64,000 bases of DNA from Octopus sinensis (GCF_006345805.1 NC_043007.1:66402001-66466000), one strand, 5' to 3'; counted from the stretch's first letter, positions 13,186 to 25,005 are shown. The notes: generated by a model not told the origin, from the letters alone. Translations and numbers: made by a program.

Positions 13186-13233
13186 AGACGTATAGGCCAT
13201 ATTTCAGGAGTTTTTGCTCCTTCATCAGCACCC
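13186..13233 (-). ncRNA. Minimal type-I hammerhead ribozyme motif
   Basis: Minus strand reads gggtg-CTGATGA-AGGAG-caaaaa-CTCCT-GAAA-TA-tggcc-T-ATA-cgtct. Helix II is a perfect 5 bp, the triplet is AUA, and helix I is wobble-rich. Confidence 0.55.
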
Positions 13234-13269
13234 ATCCAACTCATTAATCATTCACGAACATATTGCTTA

Positions 13270-13568
13270 TTTCATTTATTAATTATGCGCCCTTTTCAAG
13301 CCTCATGGGCCTGGTTTCCCGGTTTCTATGGCGTATGTGTTCCCCCCAGCTGAACACACACTTCCTGTTACTCAAGAAACAGGAAGAAAGAGTGAGAGAA
13401 AGTTGTGGCGAAATAGTACAACAGGAGTGGCCACCACCTCCTGTTGGAGCCTCATGGAGCTTTAGGTGTTTTCGCTCAATAAACACACACAACGCCCGGT
13501 CTGGGAATCGAAACCGCGATCCTCCGACCACGAGTCCGCTGCCCTAACCACTGGGCCATTGCGCCTCC
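13270..13568 (-). mobile_element. SINE family C, tail type 2
   Basis: Same tRNA-like head as 21023. Tail ...ccatagaaaccgggaaaccaggcccatgaggcttgaaaagggcgcataat. Confidence 0.88.
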
Positions 13569-14279
13569 ACAACATATTGCTTATATGGCTGCATAACGAA
13601 ATACGGTATCCTTACAGGTCATTAATAGTTGACGTGTGTGCGCGTAAGAACTTTGTGACTTAACTCAAACTTACTCAGATTCACAAATATAGCAGCGTGT
13701 CCAATTTATCTGATGTTGTAAGGCATTCGACACTGAAGAAGTCTGGTTGTCATTGAAAAATGTAAAGTTCTTTCTTATTGGTTTTTAGGCTGCTAATCGT
13801 GGGAAAAACTCAAACGCAATAAACAAGAGATCTTTCTCTTACTTTCATAAAAAGTTCTGGTGAACTTCCAATAAAGTACCAGTAAAAATTATAAAACAAC
13901 TTTATCAATTAATGGCTTAAAACTGGCTATTAAAGAGTTATATAAATGATAACGATATGAAAGTTCAAAGATACCGTGGATTTTTCAATATGGAGAGTTT
14001 ATCAGACCTACTCAGTCACATAGTCAATACGAATGAGGAGAGTTCTTGTCAAATAGGCACCAAGTTATGGTAGGCAGGTACTTTCGCTGCTCTCGAAACC
14101 TCCAGACAGGAACGTGGAACTTGTCTGTCTCTGGGTCAATAAGAGTATTTATGTTATTGCCAGCAGTTTCATGAAATTGCTGGCAGCAAGTCTGCTTCCA
14201 TTGAAAAAGAAATATACAGTCGTATGTAGGATACGGGAATGTACATACGTATACATATGTGCATGTGAGCGGACGTATG

Positions 14280-14282
14280 CAT

Positions 14283-14321
<39 letters not shown>

Positions 14322-14427
14322 CATACATACACACATTTACACACAAACATATATAAGTAGGTATATATTTATGCATATATACTTATGCATGTATACATAC
14401 ATAAATTTATATATATATATGTATATA

Positions 14428-14484
<57 letters not shown>

Positions 14485-14760
14485 TACATATAAACATTTA
14501 CACACACACATATATAAGTAGGTATATATTTATGCATATATATGTATGTATATATACATAAATTTATATACATATATATATGTATATGCATACGCGTGTG
14601 TGTGTATGTATGTAAGGATGCATGTATGTATATAATTATATATATGAATATATACATGGATATATATGTGTGTGTGTGTGTGTGTGAGTGTGTGTGTGAG
14701 TATGTACACACACACGAACTCACATAAGCACATATATAATCTATATATGTTTAACTATCA
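14280..14760. repeat. Compound CA/TA microsatellite block with a ~161-bp-offset internal duplication
   Basis: catttacacac..catatataagtaggtatatatttatgcatatata occurs near 14333 and 14494. Confidence 0.8.
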
Positions 14761-15394
14761 CATATATTTAGATACGTATATAGACAGTCTGAGAGATTAG
14801 GAGAGTAGAAGGGAAAGAAAGGGCAAGAAAAATGAAAGAAACAGATTAACCAGATGTAACGGAGAGACAGGCGGACAGACAAACAGACAAACAGATAAAC
14901 AGGCAGACATGCATACAGACTGATATGGAGATAGACAGACAGACATGAAGATAGACAGATATGACACAGGGAGATAGACAAATAGATAGAGAGAGAGAGA
15001 GAGAGGGGGGAGTGAGATGGGAAATGAAATATTTAAACTGAAAATAAAATTACAGATAAATGCACTGGAATACATGTTTCTATATGTATGCATACACAAA
15101 CACACGCGCGTACATAGATATACACACAAACTCACACGCACAGACACACACACATGCACACACACATACACACGCACACACACATATATATATGCATACA
15201 TATTCATACATACGAATATATGTGTGTATATATATATTTACTCGTGTGCCTAGTGTGTATGTATATATATATATATATTAGTATCAACGACTATATATGT
15301 ATGCGTGATCGCAACTTGAGAAAGCGGAATGAGAGCAGATAATTTGTACATATCCTGTCTTCACAAATGTCAGCCATATTTCATTTTTTCTCGT

Positions 15395-15520
15395 ACGGAC
15401 TCCGCCCCCGGTGATGTCACTTCCGTTTTTGCATTCCCCTATGCATCTCCTTCCCATCTTTCCACTCGTTTCCTTTTAGCAATAGCTGGCTTGATGCTTT
15501 GTTGCCAGCAGATTGGTTAA
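15395..15520. promoter_or_regulatory. Candidate promoter-like motif cluster
   Basis: GC box CCGCCC (15402), CRE-like TGATGTCA (15412), ETS-like CACTTCCG (15418) and reverse CCAAT (ATTGG, ~15512) in non-repetitive sequence. Motif evidence only. Confidence 0.3.
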
Positions 15521-15752
15521 TTGTCGTTGCACTGGCATCGGTTCCGGTTGTAAAAATGGAATGAGAAATAGAGAGAGAGAGAGAGAAATAGAGAGATTGT
15601 GCAGTATTTAAGGCAGAGGGAGGGAAAGTGAGAGGTTGGTATGAGAGAAAGAGAGGAAGAGAAAAAGAGAGAATGACGGGGATAAAGAGAGGAAGAGAAA
15701 GAAAGGATATAAGAGATAATTAGAGACTAATAGAGCAACAAACAGAAGCAAT

Positions 15753-15786
<34 letters not shown>

Positions 15787-16174
15787 AGAAAAAGTTTAAG
15801 TAATAGAACTTGTGACTGAGAGAGAGAGGGAAGAATCAGGGGGGGGGGCGAGAGAACGACTGATACGGGTAATGACGCGGGAGTGGAAAGAGTGTAAATA
15901 TCCCATATACAGATACAGGCAAGCACAGACACACTCCTTTTTTCACGGACTCTCTCTCCTTCTCTCTCTCTCTCTCTCTTTCACACACACACACATACAC
16001 ACATATACACACACGTGTGTATATATATATTGAATTTGCAAGTGTTATCAAGATCTAAATGATGGGTACATATCACTTTGTTCCAGATCTGTCTGAAAAT
16101 TGGTAGGTTGCAGGAACTTGGAAAAGTTATGTAGCTTAACGAATCTGAAGTAATCCACAACTGCTCTGTGTGTG

Positions 16175-16216
<42 letters not shown>

Positions 16217-16379
16217 CAAGTATGTTAGATAATTTGATACATAGACAGGTTTAGAGGAATACATATATACTTGTACATATGTATGTTTACCCATACAAAT
16301 ATACATATACACACATATACATATACTCACATTTATACATATTCTTCAGATATATTTATACACACACTCACATATATAT

Positions 16380-16482
16380 ACACATACATACATACATACA
16401 TACATACATACATACATACATGCATACATGCATACATACATACATACATACATACATACATACATACATACATACATACATA
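16380..16482. repeat. (TACA)n microsatellite
   Basis: Direct inspection. Confidence 0.95.
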
Positions 16483-16490
16483 CTCTTATA

Positions 16491-17135
16491 CCAGGATAAC
16501 TAAAAAATTATACGCAGTCTTTTTTCTGTAATTTATTGAAATAACAGCAAGAATTGAACAATGACACCCTTTTTCGATATAGTCTCCTGGCTTTTTCCGA
16601 TGGACTTCTTCAAGCTGTCCACAAGCTTGCTTACTCCATCGGATAAGAAGGATTTCGGCTGGTCGCGTAGCCGTTTATCCACCGTTTCCTTCGCTCTTTC
16701 GTCCGTAGCAAACTGTCCACCTGGTAAAGGATGTTTGAGCAGTCGAAAGTGGTGATAGTCGGAAGAGGCGAGATCCGGAATGTATGTTGAGTGTTCCAGC
16801 GACTCGAAACCCAATTTTTTAATGATTTCAGCGGTGTGTGCGATCGCATGTGAGCGCGCATTGTCGTGCAACAGTCGTATTTACGTTTAGTGCGAATTGC
16901 TGGTTTCATATCATTGGCCAGCACTTCACTGTAGTCTACACTGGTGAGACTGTAGACCACTTTTCCGGGCAATGTTTTGTGTCCCAATAAACGGCTAGCA
17001 TCACTTTTTCTGTGGAGGTTTGTGACTAGGATTTCTCAGTCGCTGCCGATTCCGGGTATTTCCACTCCGTAATCTGCCTTTGAAGTCTGATTTAATGTCA
17101 TGGACTTTGACTTCTTCATTGTGGCGGTTGAGTAA
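16491..17135 (-). mobile_element. Mariner (DD34D) transposon, C-terminal part with 3' TIR (pseudogene)
   Basis: LLNRHNEE, KRQITEWKYPES..KVMLAVYWD, HDNARSH...YIPDLASSD with 34 residues between the last two Asp. TIR ccaggataactaaaaaattatacgcagt follows TA at 16489-90. Confidence 0.88.
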
Positions 17136-17138
17136 ACA

Positions 17139-17317
17139 GGAGTAGGAGTGGGTGTGTGGTAAGTAGCTTGCTTACGAACCACATGGTTCCGGGTTCAGTC
17201 CCACTGTGTGGCACCTTGGGCAAGTGTCTTCTACTATAGCCTCGGGCCGACCAAAGCCTTGTGAGTGGATTTGGTAGACGGAAACTGAAAGAAGCCCGTC
17301 ATATATATGTATGTATA

Positions 17318-17393
<76 letters not shown>

Positions 17394-17610
17394 TTGTGTG
17401 TCTGTGTTTGTCCCCCCAACATCGCTTGACAACCGATGCTGGGGTGTTTACGTCCCCGTAACTTAGCGGTTCGGCAAAAGAGACCGATAGAATAAGTGTA
17501 CTAGGCTTACAAAGAATAAGTCCTGGGTTCGATTTGCTCGACTAAAGGCGGTGCTCCAGCATGGCCAGAGTCAAATGACTGAAACAAATAAAAGAGTAAA
17601 GAGTAAAGAG
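17139..17610 (+). mobile_element. SINE family A, full length
   Basis: All modules intact, with tail (aagagta)n. Confidence 0.92.
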
Positions 17611-17799
17611 ATCTGCACACGATTGAGCATATGTTCTTCAGTAAGCTCCCTTAGCACCCATCATGTATGCATGTATGTGTGTGTATGTATGCATATATGT
17701 ATGCATGCATGCAGGCAAGTACACATGCATGTATGTATGTATATATGTAAGCATGCCTGCATGCATGTATGAATGTAAGCCTGCATGTATGTATGTATG

Positions 17800-18112
17800 C
17801 ACTCTAAATAAAGCCCGTGCAATCAGGGCATTAGAGAAATGAGCAAAAGAAGGGCCTTCAAGAACAGCATAGAGGCTGCTATGAATGCATCTTGAAAGCT
17901 CTGGCTGAAAATAGTTGATCAGTGGGATAAGTGGAATAAGTGGGGTAAATGAGATCTGTGGGATCAATAGAATGCTGATTGGACATAGTTTTGCGCTTGA
18001 CCAAATTGGGTCCAGTCACCTGGATGCGTTAACTTAGAGGAGAAAGTATGCTGTACGACTCGAAACACCCTGGGACCTCACGATACAACACTGACAATGG
18101 ATCCAAGTATTA
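17800..18112 (+). mobile_element. HERO-like RLE non-LTR retrotransposon 3' end
   Basis: KRRAFKNSIEAAMNAS*KLWLKIVDQW resembles the HERO terminus RRAI....EAAE.ASRWLW.KR..PW. A 3' UTR-like segment gtcacctgg...gactcgaaacaccc...gatacaacactga follows. Confidence 0.5.
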
Positions 18113-18173
18113 CATATGTAAATGGATGTGGAAATGATATATGCATATATATATATAAATGCATATGCCTATA

Positions 18174-18650
18174 CTAGGGAAGTGCAAAATTATTCGCACT
18201 TCAGCGCTCATGCTAAAAGGTGTTATTCTTGTGCTTACGTAACCGAGGTTTGACCTTGAGCACTCCAGTTTTCTCTCTTGTATCACAAAATAAACATGAC
18301 CGCCCTGCTGCAGTGTCTACCAAGGAAGAGCAGAGATCAGTTATCCGATTTCTCTGGTCCGAATGTTTGTGAGAGGCTGAAATTCATCGCAGGCCTTTAG
18401 TACAATACAGGGATGACGTTCTACTGCCTAGAAGTGTGTATCGGTAAGTTTTAAAATGGCCGAACAAGCGTGAAGCACAAAAAGAGAACAGGACGCTCAG
18501 CAACCCTTACCATTGGCGAGATTAAAAAAGCTCAAAAGATAGTTTTTGTGAATCATCGGTATGGCCATCGATGATGTAACATGTTCTCTGCAAATTAGTC
18601 ATGGTTCTGCATACGAAATCTTCCAAGAAAAGCTTCGCTTCTATGAAGCC
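18174..18650 (+). mobile_element. Mariner transposon, 5' TIR and N-terminal part (pseudogene)
   Basis: TIR ctagggaagtgcaaaattattcgcact follows TA. ATG at 18296; frameshifted KEEQRSVIRFLWSE..AEIHRR..QY.DD..., FKNGRTSV..K.RTGR, SLQISHGSAYEIFQEKLRF. Confidence 0.85.
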
Positions 18651-18737
18651 TATACATACATACGTACATACATACATACATACATACATACATACATACA
18701 TACATACATACATACATACAAACATACATACATACAT
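18651..18737. repeat. (TACA)n microsatellite
   Basis: Direct inspection. Confidence 0.95.
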
Positions 18738-19729
18738 ATCTAGATTATCCGAACGAAGTGAGTGGGTGTGTTTTGTTCGGATAACTGATGTATTTGTAAA
18801 CTAAGGAAGGCATAGTAAACAAGATTTCGCGGCCTAGAGATTTGTTCACAAAATCTGAATTTATTATAACTGATGTTCGAATCGCAAATTGTAATATACT
18901 TATATTGAATTTATATTATGATAAAATATAAATTTTCTAGGGACATAGATCACAACATGTTTTTTAACTGACTGTTTTTATTCGATTATGAAGCTAATGA
19001 AGATTTTGAGGCTACTGAAACTCACTTTAACATTATTTTTACTAAATATTTTATGATATATCTATACCGTTTGAGAATCTCTATTCCTGATAGAAGCAGT
19101 ATACGAATCACAAAGTAGTGTTTATCACTACTTTAACGTAGGTATTCCCTAAGAATCGACGATACTGCTATTTTAACCCCAGGAAGACATCTCCTCCTGC
19201 TGGTTATTCAGTGCGTTTTCGCACTCGACATTCATTTCAAGCAGGAGAGAACTCATGTCAGCGAAGGCAGACTAGTGCCATGCCTGGAAAACGAGTGCCC
19301 ACCAGTGAAGTGATCGAATAAAATCAAAATCACGGATCTGGTGGTCTCTGAGCTAGAGTGGAAGAGTTCTCTCCCGCTTCCAATGAATATCGATATATGT
19401 ACAGTTTAAGGAAAATATTAATAAGAATTAGGAAGATTCTAGCAAAATTAGAAAGAAATACTTAGCGGTATTATATTTCGTTTCTTATTTTTGTGATTAT
19501 GAACATTAGTGTTGCTCTCTGCAAAATGTATTTTTTGTCATTTAATACAGCATCATATCAACGTTAGGTATAGTCATAGTATTTCTAGTCAGGAAAGTAG
19601 CTAGATACGAGCTTACTAATGTTATTAGCTAAATTGTTAAGAATTATAGTGGGATGATTTTTTTTTATGAAAACGCGGCCATTTCTCGGTAAGTATAATG
19701 GTGTAGACCCTACATTTAAAGCTATATCT

Positions 19730-19890
19730 AAGAAATTAACACTATGTATATTAGTATCCATTGGTGTTTAAAGGATGATATTACAAACAACTATAAAATT
19801 GATTGGTCCATTATGAAGCACGCGCCCTTCTACATTAATAATTCTAGAAAATGTAATATTTACCGTTCAGTGAAATATATTACAGAGATT
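19730..19890 (+). mobile_element. Penelope-like GIY-YIG C-terminal remnant
   Basis: IHWCLKDDITNNYKIDWSIMKHAPFYINNSRKCNI resembles the PLE motif YIW.LK...Y.I.WSI.K.A..Y.N.S.RCNLC. Confidence 0.45.
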
Positions 19891-20199
19891 TGAAACTGAG
19901 CAAAAGAGGAAAGCTGATGAACTCTTCTGGATACATCCTTAGATATTTATGTATTTTTGTGTAAGGCAAATCTATTATTTTCCACATAATAGGTTCATCA
20001 TTTTTTGAAACTGTCAAAGAGGCAGTGGAAATGAGCTGAAAAGACAGCGTAAGAGAGAACGGAAGAAGAATAGATTGACAGCCAATATGAGTGAAGGACA
20101 GACTAACCATATGAAAACTAAAACATTGTAAAAATGTGAGTAATCGGTAGGAATCAACTTTAAATTGGTTGTTGTTATAGTGATAGGAGGTACTGAGTG

Positions 20200-20900
20200 T
20201 TATACAAGGGCAGTATCTTAGATAATATTCCTGCCAATTCCTTTCTGGAACAGCTCGTCTACCATTATTTTGACCTGTGCCTCCATGAACTGCCTGTTTG
20301 CGACAGTACTCCATTTCCTGGGAAAAGTACTGTAAGGTCAGCTAAACCAATAAGCGGACTCTTAGTCATCTTTGAAATCGAAGAGCAGACAAAGAAGGTG
20401 TTGTTATCGCAGTAAAGTGTCAGTTAAAAGGTGAGTAAGCCAATCCGAACGATTACGCTCTTCCCATCCTCTTTTCAATGTGCTTTGTGTTAGCTACACA
20501 AAGTTTTAAATTGCAAAAAATGTATTGGAAATTTCTGGTAAGAAGAAGTATATGCGTAAGTTTCGGTTAATAGCTGAAGATGTTTTATTCCCCTTATGCC
20601 AATATTACAACACTGAATAACCTGAACATTGACTATTTCCATATCTCTTTCTAACATAAGTTCGTTTAGTTTTTTACTAAAAGAATAACAATATTACGTT
20701 TATACAACAACAATAACAATATTGGCAATTAGCAATTGCGGTAGCTTTACAACATCAGGTCACTGTGTAAAGAAAACATTGGACAACAACTGAACTTTTA
20801 GTGGTTCCTATCATATCACCATCACTAGATTCACTCCGAGATGGTTTATTTGCATCAGCTAAAGTTATATAAATCAGACCACAGTCGCGAATGTTTGTGG
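20200..20900 (+). mobile_element. Possible decayed LINE APE endonuclease
   Basis: Scattered NRRADKEGVVIAVKCQL (cf. R.DR..GGGV.IAVK) and a terminal SDH motif. Heavily frameshifted. Confidence 0.3.
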
Positions 20901-21022
20901 TTAACTCCCGTACAACAACCTTCACTATCAGTAAAAAGGTACGCGATGCACACAGATGTATAAGGGAAGAGATTAAGTCTGTTGAAAGGTCCAAACATAA
21001 ATACAACCTAGTATATTACAAA

Positions 21023-21315
21023 TGGAGGCGCAATGGCCCAGTGGTTAGGGCAGCGGACTCGCGGTTTCGATTCCCAGACCGGGCGTTGTGTGTGTTTATT
21101 GAGCGAAAACACCTAAAAGCTCCATGAGGCTCCGGCAGGGGGTGGTGATCCCTGTTGTACTCCTTCACCACTCTTTCTCTCACTCTTTCTTCTGTTGGCC
21201 TGCTCGCTTAGCCAGCGGGGTGGCGTCATTCGAAGGCTAAAACAATGCGAACGAATTGTGACCAGCGATGTGTAGCAACATCTGAAGGTCTGGTCGGTCA
21301 CGTGATCTGACGTGG
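21023..21315 (+). mobile_element. SINE family C, tail type 1
   Basis: ggaggcgcaatggcccagtggttagggcagcggactcgcgg.. B-box ggtttcgattccc; tail ending cggtcacgtgat. Confidence 0.9.
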
Positions 21316-21764
21316 TATTACTAATACTTTATTTCTGACTCATTTCCTTGGGCCGTAAGTATTCTTCTACAAGATTTGAGCGATTTATCTACACTAGAGA
21401 CATGGTAATTTGCTCTGGGAAAAAATACTGTTTGCAATGAAGTTTCGATTTCCAATTAAGCCATGTTTTTCACTTACCTCATTTTTCATGATTTTTTCTA
21501 TCTGATCGAGATGGTTTAAAACCTCACACTCTCAAGCTCTTTTTCCAAAAACTCAATCTTTAAAAGCATGATACTGCATAAATGTTTGTTCGTTCAGTTA
21601 TAAGCATGAGCAATTTATAAAAGAAGTAAGAGTTTCGTTATTTGGAACTGGTTCTTTGCCAGAAATGGTAACAAAGTGAGACCATTTCAATTTCTATACG
21701 CGCCACTCGTGAATAGACACTTGACGGAAATACTGCAATTGAATATTGCTTTTAATATAGGGGT

Positions 21765-21935
21765 AAGTCGATTTCATCGGCCCCAGTACTCTACTGATAC
21801 TTATTTTATCGACTCCGAAAGGATAAAAGGCAAAGTCGACCTTAGCAGAATTTGATCTCAGAATGTTAAAACGGACGAAATGCTTCTAAGTATTTTGTCC
21901 GGCGTGCAAATGATTCTGCCAGCTCGCCGCCTTTA
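21765..21935 (-). mobile_element. SINE family B
   Basis: Reverse complement of head (gattctgccagctcgccgcctt) and core. Confidence 0.85.
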
Positions 21936-22586
21936 ACTGCAGCAGAATATTGGCAAGTTTCCCTGCTAATTGAATCTTGAAACAAATTTCGATTGCTATT
22001 ACGGTAGACTTTAAAGCCCTTAAATAAGGGATTTGCAGCATATTTGGAGGTCAGGGTACTTGATTCCACGCCAAAAATCTGATTTTATTTTTTTAGTGAA
22101 AATCGTGCGGGTGTTACTCGAAAAATTTACCTGACCATCAAAGCATTTCATTCCTTAACTTCAAAAATCAAAGCGTTCAGTATAAGATAGGCACTGGAGA
22201 ACGATGCATTGTATGTACAAGGCTCCTTGTAAAAGAGTATGAAAGTTATGTCGTTGTTTAACCCTTGGTCAGTCCTGATCAAGCTGAACTTTGAATTAAG
22301 GCTTCACAAAGACGAACACGATCCAATAATAAGCCCTTCTATTTATAAACTGGTTGGGTGCAATTTAATGGGAATTTTGGTTGTTATTCCATTCATGTAT
22401 GAAACAATTTCTTTTACTGCTATAATATTCTTCGAAAAGACATCATCGTAGCACAACTATTCTTCTTGTCCTTCTATGTTAATAAAACGTTTCACTTATC
22501 GAGGAATGGCTCTGATTATTAAGAATAAATAAACTAACTTCATTCATCGCGCATCTACTTAAGATATATTATCATTATCATCATCA

Positions 22587-22626
<40 letters not shown>

Positions 22627-22627
<1 letters not shown>

Positions 22628-22809
22628 AAGGCGGTGAGCTGGGCCAAAATACTTTGCAGCATTTCGTCCGTCTTTACGTTCTCAGTTCAAATTTCACCGT
22701 GGTTATCATCCTTTCGGGGACGATAAATGAAGTACCAGTGAAACACTGGATTCGTTGTAATCGACAAGTCTCCTCCCCTAAAATTTCAGGCCTTGAGCTT
22801 TTAGTAGAA

Positions 22810-22865
<56 letters not shown>

Positions 22866-22918
22866 CATCATCATCATCATCATGATTATTATTATCATTA
22901 TCATTATTATTATTATAT
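22627..22918 (+). mobile_element. SINE family B with long (ATT)n/(ATC)n tail
   Basis: aaggcggtgagctgg head; tail aatttcaggccttgagcttttagtagaa followed by (ATT)n. Confidence 0.85.
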
Positions 22919-22919
22919 T

Positions 22920-24052
22920 AAAATTCACAGCTTATTTTGCTGGGTATGGTGGACAGTGTCAGGTGTCCACAGTCAGCAGTCTAAGATGACACTTGTTTCC
23001 TCGTCATGCTATAGGAACCCTTCGAAGAATTCTTGCAGTTCCAAGCAATGCTGATTTTTGTAGATGTTCTACCTTTACCCTTGAACCGATCTTTTTCAGC
23101 CGTGTTGGTAGTTGAGTGCTGATACTTCCAAGTCCACCAGTTACTATTCGTAATACGTCTACTCTCTTCATTGACAACAACCTTCGTATTTCCCACTTTA
23201 AATTGTCATAGTTGTTTATTTTTTCTTCTTTCACATTGATCCTGTTGTCACCAGGGCATGCTATGTCGATTATGATACATGTTCTTTCTTTCTTATTCAC
23301 CACAACAATGTCCGGTTTCCGATGTCTGGTCGGTCAGGTGATCGTACTGGCATTGCATCCTACAGGATTTTTCAATTCTCATTTTCGGTGACTCCTTCTA
23401 GGGTTTCCTGATACCATGTCTTTGCTCCTTGTATGCCGTGATTTTCAATGGATCATTCTTGCCACATTATCATGGCATCTTTTGTATTCGCTTGGTGCCA
23501 ATTTCGAGCATTCGCTAATGATGTGCCATACCATGTCACCCCTCTCACCACACATTCTGCATTTGTCGCTATCGGTAGTGTTGTCTATTCTGCACTTCAT
23601 ATAATTGATTTCTAACGCTTATTCTGTCTATGTCTTCAGGTCACATAACCACCGGTCCTCTGCATGTCTTGGCGTTCACATCTCTTGCAAACTGACCGTA
23701 CATTTTCTTTTCCTTCCATGCTTTTTCTTTTCTTTTGTTCATTTCTTGTTTAAATTATTCTTTAGTCACGCAATTTTCAGTTTTTATGATGCCGACCTTC
23801 TTCGTATTTTCCAAAACTGTTCCACGGAATTTTTTATATACCACCCTAGGCTATTTTCTTCTGCTTCGATACAGTCCTGGCAACTGATCAAGCCTTTACC
23901 ACCCTTTCTTCTGGACATGTACAGCCTAACATTTTTCTAGTCTTGGCATCCATTTTCTTCATTTCTCTTTTTTACCATTTTATAATGCCCATTCCATACA
24001 AAAGTGATGCTATCACCCACGTATTAACTGCTTGGATTTTATTCTATTCAGT
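22920..24052 (-). mobile_element. R4/Dong-like RLE non-LTR retrotransposon, 5'-truncated and decayed
   Basis: IQAVNTW..ASLLYG, RKGGKGLI, MYGQFARD, CRMCGERGDMVWHIISEC, KPDIVVVNKKERTCIIIDIACPGD, LQKSALLGTARILRRV. Both ends lie in (TAA)n. Same family as 2190-3065. Confidence 0.9.
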
Positions 24053-24054
24053 CA

Positions 24055-24133
<79 letters not shown>

Positions 24134-24196
24134 CCACCACCATTATCATCATCATTATTGTTGTTGCTGTTGTTGTTGTTGTTGTTGTTATTATTA

Positions 24197-24238
<42 letters not shown>

Positions 24239-24259
24239 ATCATTATTATTATTATTATT
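24053..24259. repeat. Compound trinucleotide tract (ATT)/(ATC)/(ACC)/(GTT)
   Basis: Direct inspection. Confidence 0.95.
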
Positions 24260-25005
24260 GAGTGAGTGAGCAGAGCATGCCATCAAAGTGACACTGGGGT
24301 AAAATATACCCATCATGACTACCCATCATGACTACCCGTCTGATAAGGGTACACCAGGCACATGCATCACAACCATATGTGCACGACATGGTGATCTCAT
24401 ATCAAGATAAACAGCACATGACCTTGCAGGTGGAGCCCAATTAGAATTTTATTCAGATCGAGTAACCCATCCCGCTCAAAAGGTCCCTGAATAAGGGTTG
24501 TTTAAGGACGTTGAACGAAACACCCATGTTTCCAGAGGTGAATTATTCAAACCCCAAAGAATCCTTCTCAACACATGGCTATGATGCTCCCCCTTATTAT
24601 TATTATTATTATTATTAATATCATTATTATATTATTATTATTATTAATATCATTATTATTATTATTATTGAGTGAGTGAGCAGAGCATGCCATCAAAGTG
24701 ACACTGGGGTAAAATATACCCATCATGACTACCCATCATGACTACCCGTCTGATAAGGGTACACCAGGCACATGCATCACAACCATATGTGCACGACATG
24801 GTGATCTCATATCAAGATAAACAGCACATGACCTTGCAGGTGGAGCCCAATTAGAATTTTATTCAGATCGAGTAACCCATCCCGCTCAAAAGGTCCCTGA
24901 ATAAGGGTTGTTTAAGGACGTTGAACGAAACACCCATGTTTCCAGAGGTGAATTATTCAAACCCCAAAGAATCCTTCTCAACACATGGCTATGATGCTCC
25001 CCCTT
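24260..25005 (-). repeat. Two identical tandem copies (410-bp period) of a ~335-bp (AAT)n-tailed interspersed element ('family D')
   Basis: 24260-24595 and 24670-25005 read identical block by block. A further copy lies at 34337-34474. Confidence 0.9.

Noticed and set aside
19914-20015. CTGATGA downstream of the GIY-YIG remnant, with a later GAAACTGTC
   Set aside because: Helices I and II cannot be paired.
20425-20436. Consensus splice donor AAG|GTGAGT
   Set aside because: Upstream frames are short and look like a decayed LINE endonuclease, so this is probably a chance match.
24052-24243. Poly-Asn/Asp ORF resembling an acidic low-complexity protein
   Set aside because: It lies entirely within a trinucleotide tract, with no splice or coding context.
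24260-25005. Direct repeats considered as a CRISPR array or LTR pair
   Set aside because: There are only two long abutting units with no spacers, no internal region and no TG..CA termini, in a eukaryotic context.
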